This document shows, one piece after another, positions 10,402-22,185 of a DNA stretch of 64,000 nt (positions are counted from its first letter, which is position 1; the number at the start of each line of letters is the position of its first letter). The DNA is taken from contig NW_003314268.1 in the NCBI RefSeq assembly GCF_000143415.4, positions 2,248,494 to 2,312,493 on the forward strand, read 5' to 3'. A program made the position numbers and the translations under genes. This stretch comes from Selaginella moellendorffii (taxonomy: Eukaryota; Plantae; Lycopodiophyta). Under the pieces are notes generated by a model. That model saw nothing but the letters and a program-made list of their open reading frames with translations. It had not been told where the DNA came from and searched no databases.

Positions 10402-12624
10402 ATGGAGGACAAAAAAGACGCTGCTTGTAGCAAAATGGCCGAGCTGGGTTTTGAGAGAAGCGTGGTGCTCGATGTGCTTGGGAGGCTGCTGCGAGTGAGA
10501 TCCTTCTTTTTTGGATTCTTTTCGCGGTCATCGGTGGATTTCCAGGTCTACGAGGGGAGCTGGACTCACATTGAGGAGAACAACTTCGAAGTTCTTGTGA
10601 TGGAGCTTGTGGATGATGGTATTCTCGTTTCTTCTTCGATCTTCCTTCGTTTCTTATCTAGTTTTTGATCCAGGAGGCAATGCAGTTGTGGAAACTGGTA
10701 ATTTCATCTCATATCTTTCCTTCGTTTTCAATTTCGTTTTGGATCTATATCGATTCGCAGCTGGTCCGAGCTCGTCTCCGAGCGTCAAGAGGAAAGGCCT
10801 TGACGAGTTTCTCATTCCGTTGGGAAGGAATAACGAAGCGTTGGAGAAGAGTAACAAGCACGTTTCAGGTAAACTTTCCATTAGTCTTTTCTTTGTTCTT
10901 TTTCATTCTCTAGAACTAATGACTATATCCTGTAGCATGCGTTAAAAAATTGCGCCTGCAATGCGAAGCGGACAAGAAAAACTTGCCGAGATCCTCCCCG
11001 AAGGCCGAGGCGAAAAGCTCCGGCAAGCTGGCAAAAGCAGGTTTGTGTCTACGTTTTCATTTCCTCTACATTCCGATCTACTCGTTTTCCAGTCTCCTCC
11101 AGCAAGAATACACCAGGTAAATTTCTTTGGATACATTCCTGTTTCTCGTTTCCTCAGCTCCGTGCTTGTTTCAGCAGCCGCGAGAAACTTGACATTCGGT
11201 AAATTCCAAATGGTCTTTCCTTTTCACCATGAAAACTTTCGTTGTTTTCGCAGGAGCTCCTAGCGCCCCGCAAGCTTTGGAAGTAATCAACACGGGAGAA
11301 AGCTCGGGTGAGTCGGTTTTCTTACACCAAAACTCGAGAACTTGCACTGACAGACGAAGCTTCTTCTCTTGTGCTCCAGTCCGATATAAAAAGAAGCAAA
11401 GGCACGATCCGAACGACATCGCGAAGGGCGCGGAGTCGGTCCCGATACCGTTCGTGCGAGCTCCAGGCGGCGACGAGAGTTTGCCGGAGGACTTCACCTA
11501 CACCGCCGTGGCCGTCGCGTACGAGAAGGCCAAAATCGAAATCCGGCTGTGCAAGATCGAGCAGGACAACTGCTGCACGGCTTGCTTCGGGAACTGCCTC
11601 AAGAAGAAGTGGCCGTGCCACTGCGCGCGAGAGACCGGCGGCGAGTTTGCGTACAACGAGGATGGCTGCGTCAAAAAGGAGCTTTTGAGGCAGGCCGTCC
11701 GGGAGACCCAGGGTGACGAGGCGTGCCGGAGAGTTACGTGCGAGAAAGAGTGTCCCATGGAGGTGGCGCGGGGCTCGACCGAGAAATGCCGAGGACACAT
11801 CGTTCGCCGGTTCATCAAGGAGTGCTGGGTCAAGTGTACGTGCCACAAGAAGCTGTGTGGGAATCGAATCGTTCAGCAAGGAGTGAGATACAAGCTCGAG
11901 GTACTCTTCAGTTTTGGTTCTACGTGAACTTTGTTTCGGTTCTAAGTGAACTTTTGTTGTTCTTCGCAGGTGTTTTGGACTCCAACTGGAAAAGGATGGG
12001 GAGTGAGGACCACGGAAGATCTTCCCATGGGAGCGTTCGTCTGCGAGTATATTGGGGAGATACTCACGAACACGGAGCTCGACGAAAGGAACGAGGAGCG
12101 TTTTCTCAAGCAATCCAGGCATTTCTATCCAATCTATCTCGATTCCGACGTTTGCACCGAGCGGATTCTGGAAGACGACCACCTCTTGTGCCTCGACTGC
12201 ACACACTATGGAAACGTTGCCAGGTTTATCAATCACAGGTACTGTCGTCTCTCGTTTTTTTGCAGCGGTCGATCTTTCGTATCAACGTTGTTTCCTCCAG
12301 GTGTGGAGATTCCAATCTCGTCGACATTCCTGTCGAAATCGAGTGTCCCGATCGACACTTCTACCATGCAAGTTTTTCAATCTCTTTTCGGTTTTCTCTT
12401 CGAGATTCTTTGCTCAGACTTGATCTTTAGATTGCGCTCTTCACCAAGCACGCTGTGAGTGCCATGGAAGAACTTACATGGGTGAGTGAGAAAAAAAAGA
12501 AGAGAGAACTAATTTAACTTCTTTTAAACAGGACTATCAGCTCGACTTTGCGGACGAAAACCACCCCATCAAAGCTTTCAGGTGCAAGTGTGGCAGTCGA
12601 GAATGTAAAGACACTAGGGAGTAG
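10402..12624 (+). CDS. SUVR-type histone lysine methyltransferase (WIYLD, pre-SET, SET, post-SET; SUVR1/2/4 clade)
   Basis: N-terminal WIYLD-like (MAELGF...LLRVYEGSWTHIEENNFEVL); Cys-rich pre-SET (C.CARETGGEFAY, C.GHIVRRFIKECW.KC.C...CGNRIVQ.G); SET (GKGWG, FVCEYIGE, ARFINHRC, EELTWDY); post-SET FRCKCGS.EC. An alternative in-frame ATG lies at 10390. Confidence 0.93.
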
Positions 12625-13042
12625 AATATTCTTGCCCAATAAGAGAGCGCTGACGTGGCGAGCGCCGGCGCCACTAGGCTCTAGTGGCTCGCGCCCGCCA
12701 TTGAATCAGCGTGCTTTTTAGAGCTAGTCAAACGCTTTTTTAAAGGGCCGTTGATCCTTCCACGGAATTTCATCCACGGTCGGAAGCTTCGACCTCTTTG
12801 AATCGCCATGGCCACATTCCGGAATGGAACCTCGTTCCGCGGATCGACGGCGCAGAGGACCGGTGTGCAAGGGGAGAGTTTTAAAATGGGTGCCGTGTGT
12901 TGTTCGCGCTCAAGGAAATTTCTTTAATCGATGGATTTCATATAAATAGGGCCGCGCCATCCCTTTGCTTAAGAGTGGGCGGAAGAAGAGAGAAGGCGCC
13001 GGTCTAGCGCCTAGGGTTTGAGCGAGCGATCGCAGCTGGGAG

Positions 13043-15360
13043 ATGGCGTCTGTGCAGCTGTGCGCTGGAATCAGGTACCTTGATCGAGCGTTCGGTGTCT
13101 CGGGATTGCTGATCCCTTTATCTTGGCAGATCGTCTCACTCTCCCATGGATTTTGGAGCTCCCTGCTTGAGAGGGGCCAGCTTCTCGGCGTATTTCGCTC
13201 CCGGCTTGTCGAGTTTTCGATCGGTGGATGCCTCTTTGGCGCTGTGTCAAGCCTCGAATCGCTTCCTTACAATCAAGGCTGCCGCAAATGGGAGGATTTC
13301 CTCACACCAGAATGGCCGCCATTCAAGAACACGTCTGGATGATGGAAGCTCGACGAAATATTTCGACTTCTTGGTGATTGGGAGCGGTGTTGCTGGCCTT
13401 CGGTATGCGTTGGACGTTGCGAAGTTTGGATCGGTGGCTATCATCACCAAGTCGGAGCCACAGGAGAGCAATACGAGATATGCCCAAGGGGGAGTCAGTG
13501 CTGTTCTAGACCCGTCCGATTCAGTGGAGAATCATATGAGAGATACAATCGTGGCTGGGGCCTTTCTTTGTGACGAAGAAACAGTGGAGGTAAGTTCATC
13601 TTAGTTGCAATCAGCGTTTTGGTAGACACGTCGTTTCTACGAATGACAGGTAGTGTGCAGGGAGGGCCCCGAGCGTGTAAAAGAGCTCATGGCCTTTGGA
13701 GCTTCTTTTGATCATAGCGAAGATGGCCAGCTCCATCTTGCAAGAGAAGGTGGCCACTCGCATCACCGGATAGTTCACACCGCTGATATGACTGGGAGGG
13801 AGATTGAGCGTGCGTTGCTCACCGCTGTCAAAAACAATGCCTCCATCTCAATCTTTGAGCATCATTTTGCTCTGGACCTTCTCACACACGAGGTTTGTTG
13901 GTCAACTATTTCTTTGTACTGTGACTGAGACAACTTTACAGGATGGCAACACAATCACGTGTCACGGCTTGGATACTTTGAATGTCAGAACCAAAGAGGT
14001 GAGGAGTCTAGCGAGTTCTTTCATCCAAAGCTGATCACGCTCTGTTCAGGTGGTTCGATTTATTTCAGCTGTGACTCTGCTGGCCACCGGAGGCGCGGGT
14101 CACATTTATCCTAGTACTACCAATCCACTGGTAATCTAAATGCTGTACTCTTCACAACTTACGCGTTCTATGTCGCAGGTTGCAACCGGTGATGGAGTCG
14201 CTATGGGGCATCGTGCGCAGGCAGTGATTTCTAACATGGAGTATGTTTTTCTTCTTTGTCCTCAAATGTTCTCTAACCAGTCAAATCGCAGATTCGTGCA
14301 GTTCCATCCAACCGCCTTGGCTGACGACGGTCTACCAATCAAGCCAAAGTCACGTGAGAATGCTTTTCTCATTACCGAAGCTGTCCGAGGTGCAGGAGGA
14401 AAGCTCTTTAACATGGCCAGGGAAAGATTCATGCCTCTGTATGACGCCCGAGGGGAGTTGGCCCCGAGGGATGTGGTGGCTCGGAGCATCGACGATCAAC
14501 TCAAGAAGAACAACGAGAAATTTGTCTACCTCGACATCAGCCACAAGCCTGCGGGCGAGGTTCTCGGCCACTTTCCAAACATCGCGCGGGAATGCTTGAA
14601 GTGTGGACTAGACATCACAAAGGAACCAATACCAGTCGTACCAGCCGCGCACTATATGTGCGGTGGAATCCAAACAGGATTGTCCGGTCAGACCTCCATA
14701 GAAGGATTGTACGCAGCAGGCGAGGTTACATGCACGGGCTTGCACGGGGCCAACAGGCTAGCAAGCAACTCTCTGCTGGAAGCGCTTGTGTTCGCTCAAC
14801 GAGCCGTCAACCCGTCAAAAGATCACTTTCAACGGGTACAGGGATCGTACAGGGCAGTGGATGAGGCTCGTGAATGGACCCGTCCGCTGGAGTCGACAGC
14901 TATCCTCGAAGACAGTCAGATGGAAGAAATCAGAAAGTTCACGGCCGTTCAGAGAAAGTCGCTGCAGCAGATAATGTGGAACTTCGTAGGCATAGTGAGG
15001 TCCACGGAACGGCTGGAGATCGCACAGCGACGGCTGGAAGAGCTAGAAACTTCATGGCAGGATCATTTATTCAGGCACGGGTGGAAGCCAAACATGGTGG
15101 ACCTGGAGGTCTGTGAGATGCGGAACTTGATATGTGTCGCTCGCGTCGTTGTTAGAAGTGCACTGTCAAGACGTGAGAGTCGGGGCCTACATTACACCAC
15201 CGATTATCCAGACTTGGTGGAGAGCAGGAGGCTACCTACGGTCTTAATCCCGGCGTACTGGAACTCTGGGCTGGTGAACAGATTGAGTACGGGCTCTGTG
15301 TCTTCGAGAGCAGTAAAGACAACGCAAGAGTTCCAGCCGAAAACACCTGTTCAGGCTTGA
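13043..15360 (+). CDS. nadB: L-aspartate oxidase (plastid, de novo NAD synthesis)
   Basis: Transit-peptide-like N-terminus; FAD motif VIGSGVAGL; SNTRYAQGG; LAREGGHSHHR; QFHPT; LITEAVRG; ELAPRDVVARSI; AAHYMCGG; GLHGANRLASNSLLE; RRESRGLHY. Confidence 0.96.
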
Positions 15361-15637
15361 AACTCTCTGGAAGGTCGTCAGTTACAGCAAGATGTGATAC
15401 TTATTGCCGCGGGATGGGAGTGGTATGTCTGTCTGTAGATATTGACAATCAATTTGTTTTTGACACTGAGTTTCTATTCCAGGAGAAACTTTTGTCAATC
15501 ACGATAAGTCATTGTTGTGTCAATCATCTGAATGAGCAAGAACACAAAGCAAGCAAGGTACTATCAAGTCTCCCTCCAGAGAATTTATGTAGATGGAATA
15601 CACTGGAAGCTACAAATGGTCTGAAAATTGTGGTATT

Positions 15638-16743
15638 TTACTCCGTGCGACTAGCTGCGAGCTCTAGAGTTGCGATCAACTCCTCGGTGCTGGTATTGCT
15701 CGAGCTGAGCTGAATTAACGAAAAGAAAAATAGAGGTACGAAATCATATTCGTGATCAATATTACCTCAACAGTGAAGAAGAGAATGGCATGGCTTCCTA
15801 GAGTTGCAATGTTCGACTGGATCACCTGCGCTTGGCAGCTCTCGAGGGTCGCCAGAATTCGTAAGGCAAGTCCTGGACTTCGCATGCAAACCATCTTGAT
15901 TATCGCTTGTCCTCCTATTGACTGTAGCTCAATGTCTGCAGGCTTCACCTGAACGCAAACTTCTTAAGCACGGCGTTAGTGATCAAGACGGAAGTAAATG
16001 CTTACGCTCAGGTTCTCTCCTTGATCTGCGTTTGACGACGTTGCTATTCTCCTCTCGGGATTTGTTTCTGCTGGCAGTGCTCGTCTCTTGTGACGGTGGG
16101 AAGTCTTGCTGTTGGCCGTCGACTGCAGCTCCTTGAGCTTCTTCTCCAGCTCAAGAACGTAGTTGATTGTCTCGCCAACGATGGACGCCTTGTCTTTCTG
16201 AGACGCGGGTAAAGCAACTGAGTAGATGTTCGTTAGAGAATAATTAGCTCACGGCTTTACCTTGGTTGACTTTGGCAGCAACGCTTTGAGCGCCGTGAAC
16301 TTCTCGTTCATCTCCTCGCGCCTCTGCCTCTCGGCCAGGATGTGGTTCTCCCTCTGGAATTGCGTCCGGTGGGGCGTCTTCTCCGACCTCATGAGCTCGG
16401 CTTGGCACAGGGCCTGGTAAGCCAGCATCTCCTGCTTCGCCTGGGCCTCGTTGATCGAACCAAAGGGAGCGTCCTGCTCGCCTCCAAACTGGAGCTGTGG
16501 TTGCAAGAGCTGGTGTTGGTGGTGGGAACCGGGAGTGAAGATGCCGCTGCCGCTGCCCCCGTTTGGAACCGGCAGGAGCTCCTGGAACTCGTTCTTGAAC
16601 GGCATTTGGTTGCAGCTCCGAAGATCCTCGTCGACAACAGAGACGGTGGCCGGGGATTCCCAGTACCTGTCCGACTTGGTGGGATCGAAGCCTCCTCCCT
16701 CGTCCTGCTGATAGACGGGAGGAAACGACGAGCTGGGTAACAT
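15638..16743 (-). CDS. bHLH transcription factor with C-terminal ACT-like domain
   Basis: HILAERQRREEMNEKFTALKALLPKSTK|KDKASIVGETINYVLELEKKLKEL, then DIELQSIGGQAIIKMVC...ILATLE...VIQSNI. Confidence 0.92.
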
Positions 16744-17267
16744 CGTGAATTTCTTTCTTCTCTCTCTCTCTCCTTTCTCTCTAATCTTTTCCTCTTTCTC
16801 TCTTCTCTTTTTTGCTATAGAGCCGGCTCTGGATCCACAGGATCGCCCTCCGCGTCCATAGCCAAGGCCCACGAAGAACAGAAAGAGACGGGCTCGACAC
16901 GAGCGGGTTATTTTGAATGGGGAATGATTCGGGCGCATATTCGCGGGGATTTTATGCGCGAAGACACGGGGACGACGACTGCACACGTCGTGCTGACGTC
17001 CCCATCTCCATGCAACTTTACCTCGTGACGACATTTTACTCCACTCTTCCGGTATGTGGCTTGTTTCCATTTGCTCGCTCAAATCCAGCAGGAATGTCCG
17101 CTTCTCCGATTTAGCTGTGCTCTTGGCTTGTGCAGATTTCAATAAGCTCGAAGAAGCAGTTTTTGTTATCCAAAACGAACAAAAAGTGAAAAGAGATGAT
17201 AAGCGAGCGGCATGACGAAAGTGGAGATAGGTACGAAACTTTTTACGTACGTAAATCCAGTACCTCG

Positions 17268-18182
17268 TCACGCCTTTGTTCCCTGTTCCAGCCCCGCGGC
17301 GCTTTCAACGACCATCTTTCGCCCGCCACACGGGCCTTGACAGAAGACGTCGATGATTTGGGGCGGCGGAGCTGGAACTGGAGCTGTAGCTGGAGCCGGG
17401 GCTGAGACGAGCGACGGAGAAGTCGGGCTCGTAGCTGGAGACGAAGAACCCGGGCCTGTAGACAGCAGCGACGACGAATCGCTCGAAGTGGACGACAGGC
17501 TTTTGATAGCGGCATCGGAGATATCAGAACTTCCAAAGCTTCCGCTGCTGGATTCGCCACCACCACCACCACCCCCGATCAACCCGTGCTCCGCCTCGCC
17601 ATCCTCGTCCTCGTCATACTTGAGCTGCAAGATGAGCCTGCCTTTCGTCCGGATGGGCCGGAACATGAGCTGCTTGGGGACCTTGAGCTCCTGGAGCACG
17701 AACCGGCCGTGACTCCTGATCGGGTGAAGCGCCACCAGCGGCATCTGGCACGGGAACTGCGACGGCCCCTTCCTCGCCAGCGATGGCAGCGGTGGAGGAA
17801 AGATCCTCACGACGCGTCGGCACTCCACTTCCTCGTCGTCCTCCACCTCCAGAGATGATGTTCCAGCAGCACCGCCGCTACTACTTTCCACTGCTCTTCT
17901 CCGCAAGAAGCTCGAGTCCTCTCGGTGGTGGTGGTGGTGGTGGTAGACGCTCGGCGAGGAAGAAGTTCCCGTGAGTTTATCCTTGGCCTTTGTGTTATAT
18001 GATCCCAGTGACTCCACGACTAGTCCTGTTCTATCCTCGTCCCCCCCTCGCTTTTTTACGAGCACGTCCTTTTCACTCGACCTACTTGCGGGCTTTAAAC
18101 CACCAAAGCTTTCCACAACGCTGGCTGCATTGACCGGCGGCGTGAAAATTTTCATGCTCTCTGGAAGAGGCTCCAAAGGCAT
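17268..18182 (-). CDS. FANTASTIC FOUR (FAF/DUF3049) domain protein, single exon
   Basis: FPPPLPSL...LHPIRSHGRFVLQELKVP...FRPIRTKGRLILQL is the FAF signature; C-terminal C..P motif. Start codon uncertain. Confidence 0.85.
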   Translation of the reverse strand: MPLEPLPESMKIFTPPVNAASVVESFGGLKPASRSSEKDVLVKKRGGDEDRTGLVVESLGSYNTKAKDKLTGTSSSPSVYHHHHHHREDSSFLRRRAVESSSGGAAGTSSLEVEDDEEVECRRVVRIFPPPLPSLARKGPSQFPCQMPLVALHPIRSHGRFVLQELKVPKQLMFRPIRTKGRLILQLKYDEDEDGEAEHGLIGGGGGGGESSSGSFGSSDISDAAIKSLSSTSSDSSSLLSTGPGSSSPATSPTSPSLVSAPAPATAPVPAPPPQIIDVFCQGPCGGRKMVVESAAGLEQGTKA

Positions 18183-18922
18183 AGCGTTAGCGATACCCAC
18201 TCTCTTCCCTCCAACTAGGACTACGCTAACTCTTCCTCTCCGAAATAAATAGAAAGAGCCATCTCTTGGTCTCCTCCCAGCGCGATCTATCCCCCCTCGA
18301 GAGAAAATCACTGCGATCTATCTCTCTCCCTCCTTTCTTGCTTCCCTCACTCAACAAAGAGCTGCGACACTCACCGGCTCGATCGGCGACGGAAAGATCG
18401 CTCCTTCTCCATTGAAATCCCAGGCGCCCGACCCACATTCCTCGCGGCGCTCGCAATCTGGCACAAGAAGTCGATATTTCAGGATTGCGGGATTGCGATC
18501 CATGCACGGCGGCCACACGAAGAAAGATTCAAGCAAGAAGAAGGAAAAAAGGCAAGCAAGGAAGAACACAACTGGCTGTGACCGCTGGAATTGGCGAATC
18601 ACGACACACCACCAGTCAATGCAAGATTCTTTTGGCCTCGAGCGAGCGCATACCGTCATTGCTCGCTGGCCGCCGCGCTAAAACCTAACGCCAGCAATTG
18701 ATCCGCTCGAGTGCGATCCCGCCATGGATCGATCGAGCAATCCGGCGCCTCGGGAAAAATCTCCACGATTCACGCAAAGAAGGGCACTTGGTTGTCTGGA
18801 AAGGAAACTGTGAGCCCTTGGATACGTTGGCCGCGTTTAGATGCAGCAAACGGCTGCGGCGCTGCCACGTACCACGTCACAAAGCCTATATGATGAAAAG
18901 AATTCGGGGCTTACTATAGGAT

Positions 18923-18995
18923 TCCGTTGTAGTCTAGTCGGTCAGGATACTCGGCTCTCACCCGAGAGACCCGGGTTCAATTCCCGGCAACGGAA
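18923..18995 (+). tRNA. tRNA-Glu (anticodon CTC)
   Basis: TCCGTTG/CAACGGA acceptor stem, CTCGG-ctCTCac-CCGAG anticodon arm, GGTTCAATTCC T-loop, downstream T-runs. Confidence 0.96.
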
Positions 18996-19539
18996 GTTTT
19001 GTAAGTTTAATTATTTTTTCTTAAACTCCCGCCACTACACAATCCAATAAGCTCCGAATTTCAACGAGCAAAAATTGCTTTTAGATTATTATTATTTATT
19101 ATTTGATTGATAATAACATAAGTATGCTTTGTTTCTAGTTAATAGTAACAAGCACAAGAACAATTTCCAACACAATTACAAACAACATATGGATCAGGAC
19201 AATAATATGGAGAGCATTCACGACCCACTCTTAAAGGATGTAAAACTCCACCCTAGGGGAGCTTGCTTGCTGGAATAATACTTGGGATTGCATCTCTAGA
19301 CCCTGCAACAAGAGAAAAATCATCAAGAAATCACTATATTATATTGAAGTTCTGAAGAAACAAAGATTTTCACATTGCTAAATACTGGCATTGTTTTTTG
19401 TGTAACTTTAATTTGTTTTATTTTGTGCTTTATGCCTTTAACTATAATCTAAGGCTCTCCACACATAAATTTCCACAAGCCTCTACTCGAAACTCTTCCT
19501 CGACAACCGTGCTGTGAATGCCTTAGAGAAATGCCCGGA

Positions 19540-19783
19540 CATGCCCGATGTGCCACAACATCGTGTCGTGGAATTCCTTGACGATGGGGTACGTGCGGGA
19601 GGGGTGCTAGGTAAACGCTAGAACCTATTTCGCGGCTCTCATGAGAATTCCAAGAACAAGGAACATCAAGAGCTATATCCTAGAGAAGGGAATGGAATAA
19701 GATCACGGGCTCAAAGGTCACTGAATAGCTCCTACCTTTGTGGGGAATGCTTTGGTGAATTTGTATGCCAAGTGTGGAAGCAG
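19540..19783 (+). pseudogene. PLS-PPR gene fragment
   Basis: HNIVSWNSLTMGYVREG and TFVGNALVNLYAKCGS motifs in broken frames. Confidence 0.6.
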
Positions 19784-19805
19784 CAAATCTCTCTTCGTTC
19801 AAGAG

Positions 19806-20923
19806 CTACTTCTTCTTTTTGTCTTTCTTGGTCTCCTTTCTTCTCACTTTCTCGTCAGCGTATCGGATGCCTTTGCCTTTGTATGGCTCGGGCTTTCGCT
19901 TGGATCGAACGAGCGCCGCAAAGTTTCCGAGGAGCACATTGTCGCGCCCCGAGACTGTGATCTTGGTGTTCTCCTCCACCACCGCCGTGATCCCGTCGGG
20001 GATGGCCACCACCTCGGGCATTTTGAAGCCGATGTTGAGCAGCAGCTTGTTTCCCTGCACCACCGCTCGGTAGCCAACTCCGACCATGATCAGCTTCTTC
20101 TCGAATCCCTGTGAAACTCCCACCACCATGTTGCTCAGCAGCTGCCTGGAGAAATCAAAGAGAGAAAAATCAAAGATCGATGAAAAACAAGGAAACTAAA
20201 CTCTGAGAAACCACAACTCAAAACTACGAGGGAGAGAAAGTAATGCACACTGGAACAAACCAAACTAGAAGAAGAAAGGAAAAGAATGAGAATGTCGAGC
20301 TTACCGTGACAAACCGTGCATGGCTCGAGATTTCTTCGTCTCCATCACTCTCTTGAGGATGAGAGTATCGTTCTCCAGCGTGATGCGAACCTCGTCGCGG
20401 AACGTCCACGACAAGCTCCCCAGCGGGCCCGTGACTTCCACAAGCTGTCCATCGATTTTCACAGTGACTCCCTTTGGAACAGGCACTGGCTTCCTTCCGA
20501 TCTTGGACTCCTTCTCCAGGATCAGCGGATACTCTCGCTTGCCACCGAGGATAGCTTGCCGAAGCCCACTGCGATCCTAGAAAACATCTCCATCAGATTT
20601 TTCCTGGAGCGATCAAAGTGTTTCGTCTTTCACCTCTTTCGCAGGTAGCGCAAGCCCAGCTTGTTCATCAGCTTCTTCCCTTCCAGCAGGCTGCAAAAAT
20701 CCTCCACAAGGGCGCGGAGGGTCCAGTTCGTGGAGGAGTGGAACATTGCGCTGGCGAAGACGAGCTCCGGCGATCTACCATCCTCTGCTGGGGCTGCCGA
20801 AGATTCTTCCGATTTACCTGGCATTTCAATTGCGTCTGTGGGCGCAGTGCACATTGGGCGCACTGGGAACGCGTGCCGCGCCCATAATCTCCTGCGCAAG
20901 CACGCGCGCAACGCCATAGCCAT
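19806..20923 (-). CDS. RPL6: Organellar ribosomal protein uL6, plastid/bacterial-type two-domain core with long N-terminal extension
   Basis: ESKIGRKPVPVPKGV...GPLG...[34 protein letters not shown]...RKPEPYKGKGIRYADE. Introns about 20569-20633 (inferred to keep frame) and 20146-20324. Confidence 0.9.
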
Positions 20924-21669
20924 AAACCCTAAAACCCGAGGGTTTTATCATTTGTATTTGTATTTTGTTTAGTTTTCGTTAATTATAATTTAAACATGAC
21001 CTAAGCTAAGTAGGGCAAAACCTAGGGCAATGCACTTATCCCACTTGCCCAAGCGTTACCGCAGTTTATCTGTTTAAATAGTGTGGTGAATAAACAGTGG
21101 TTAACCTGTTGGGTTGTAGAGTATGCATCTGATGACCCGTCTGTGTGTCTCGAAGTCTAAGTCATATTCCGATCCAATAGGTTTTTGTAAGAAACGTATA
21201 CTTTTGTTTCGAGAGCTGCTTATTTCCGCCTCCTTATCTGCTCTTGGCACGCATTGCAACTCAAGGTTTTGATGATCCAAAGGAGTACATTTTGTACATG
21301 GGCGCCGTGCATGTATCGCTTCTGTAAGGTACGAGAAAACTCTCCAGTTGAGAGTTGCCACGTGGTTTTGTACATGTCTTCTAGAGATATTTCTTTGGTC
21401 CCGATCTTGTCAAAACCAGAAGTCTAGCAGAATTCGTATTAAACTTTTTGTAGTTTCATTGCGCTGCCAATTTTTGGAGCAGGTGCCATTGCCGTCACAA
21501 ATTACCCGATCGATGACAATTTCAAGTACATGATTTTGTCATTGCAATTCCAATGTGCAGCGCGGTTTACTTCCACAGCGAAGAAGAAAAAAAAAAAAAA
21601 AACAGAGAAACTTTTAGCTGGTCACCCGACATTCATTTTGTCACCGCTAGAATCGCGAGAGCTAAGCCT

Positions 21670-22079
21670 TCAAAACTTAAGTTTCTTCTGCCTGTGCTTC
21701 TCCTTTTTCAGCCTTCCTCTGCTCTTGCTCCTCTTCTTGATCGATTTCTTGGGCTTGAGAGACGACGACGCCATCATGTCCGTCTCCATTGCGCCACTGC
21801 CGCTCTTCTCCTGTTCCTCCACTTTCTCTTCTTCTATCTCTGCGGGAGAGAAACAAAACCCCAGAAATCCCCAGCTGTGAGCACAAGAGCTACAAAATGC
21901 GGTATAGACTCACCCATGGCGCTGCTCTCGCGGCGGCGCACCTCCACCTTGGGCGCCGCCATGGCCGCCTCGAGCGCCGCCTGCTTCTCTAGCTCCTTCT
22001 TCTCGAAGTGCGGCTCTGCAATCTCCCGCTTGATCGTCCTCAGTCGCATCTTGCGCTTGGATCGCAGCGACTTGGCCAT
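21670..22079 (-). CDS. LLP homolog (LLPH/LAPS18-like) small basic nucleolar protein
   Basis: MAKSLRSKRKMRLRTIKRE N-terminus, one intron, Lys-rich tail ending QKKLKF. Confidence 0.8.
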
Positions 22080-22185
22080 CGCTCCAAAATTTAGGGCTTT
22101 TCGGGAAATTCTAGGGCATTTGGATCTCTTAGTTGTATAACAATTTGTTTTACTTTGCAGTATAAGTAATCACTTACCCCTAGCT

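Noticed and set aside
11322-12236. 304-aa minus-strand ORF
   Set aside because: Shadow of the GC-rich SUVR exons.
17230-17262. GTAC cluster with palindrome TTTACGTACGTAAA (possible SBP-box sites)
   Set aside because: Short motifs in a 3' UTR/promoter overlap; not distinguishable from chance without data.
16744-17271. N-terminal extension of the bHLH ORF to 340 aa
   Set aside because: Starts at a non-ATG codon and crosses GA-rich 5' UTR/promoter sequence; the ATG at 16743 is more credible.
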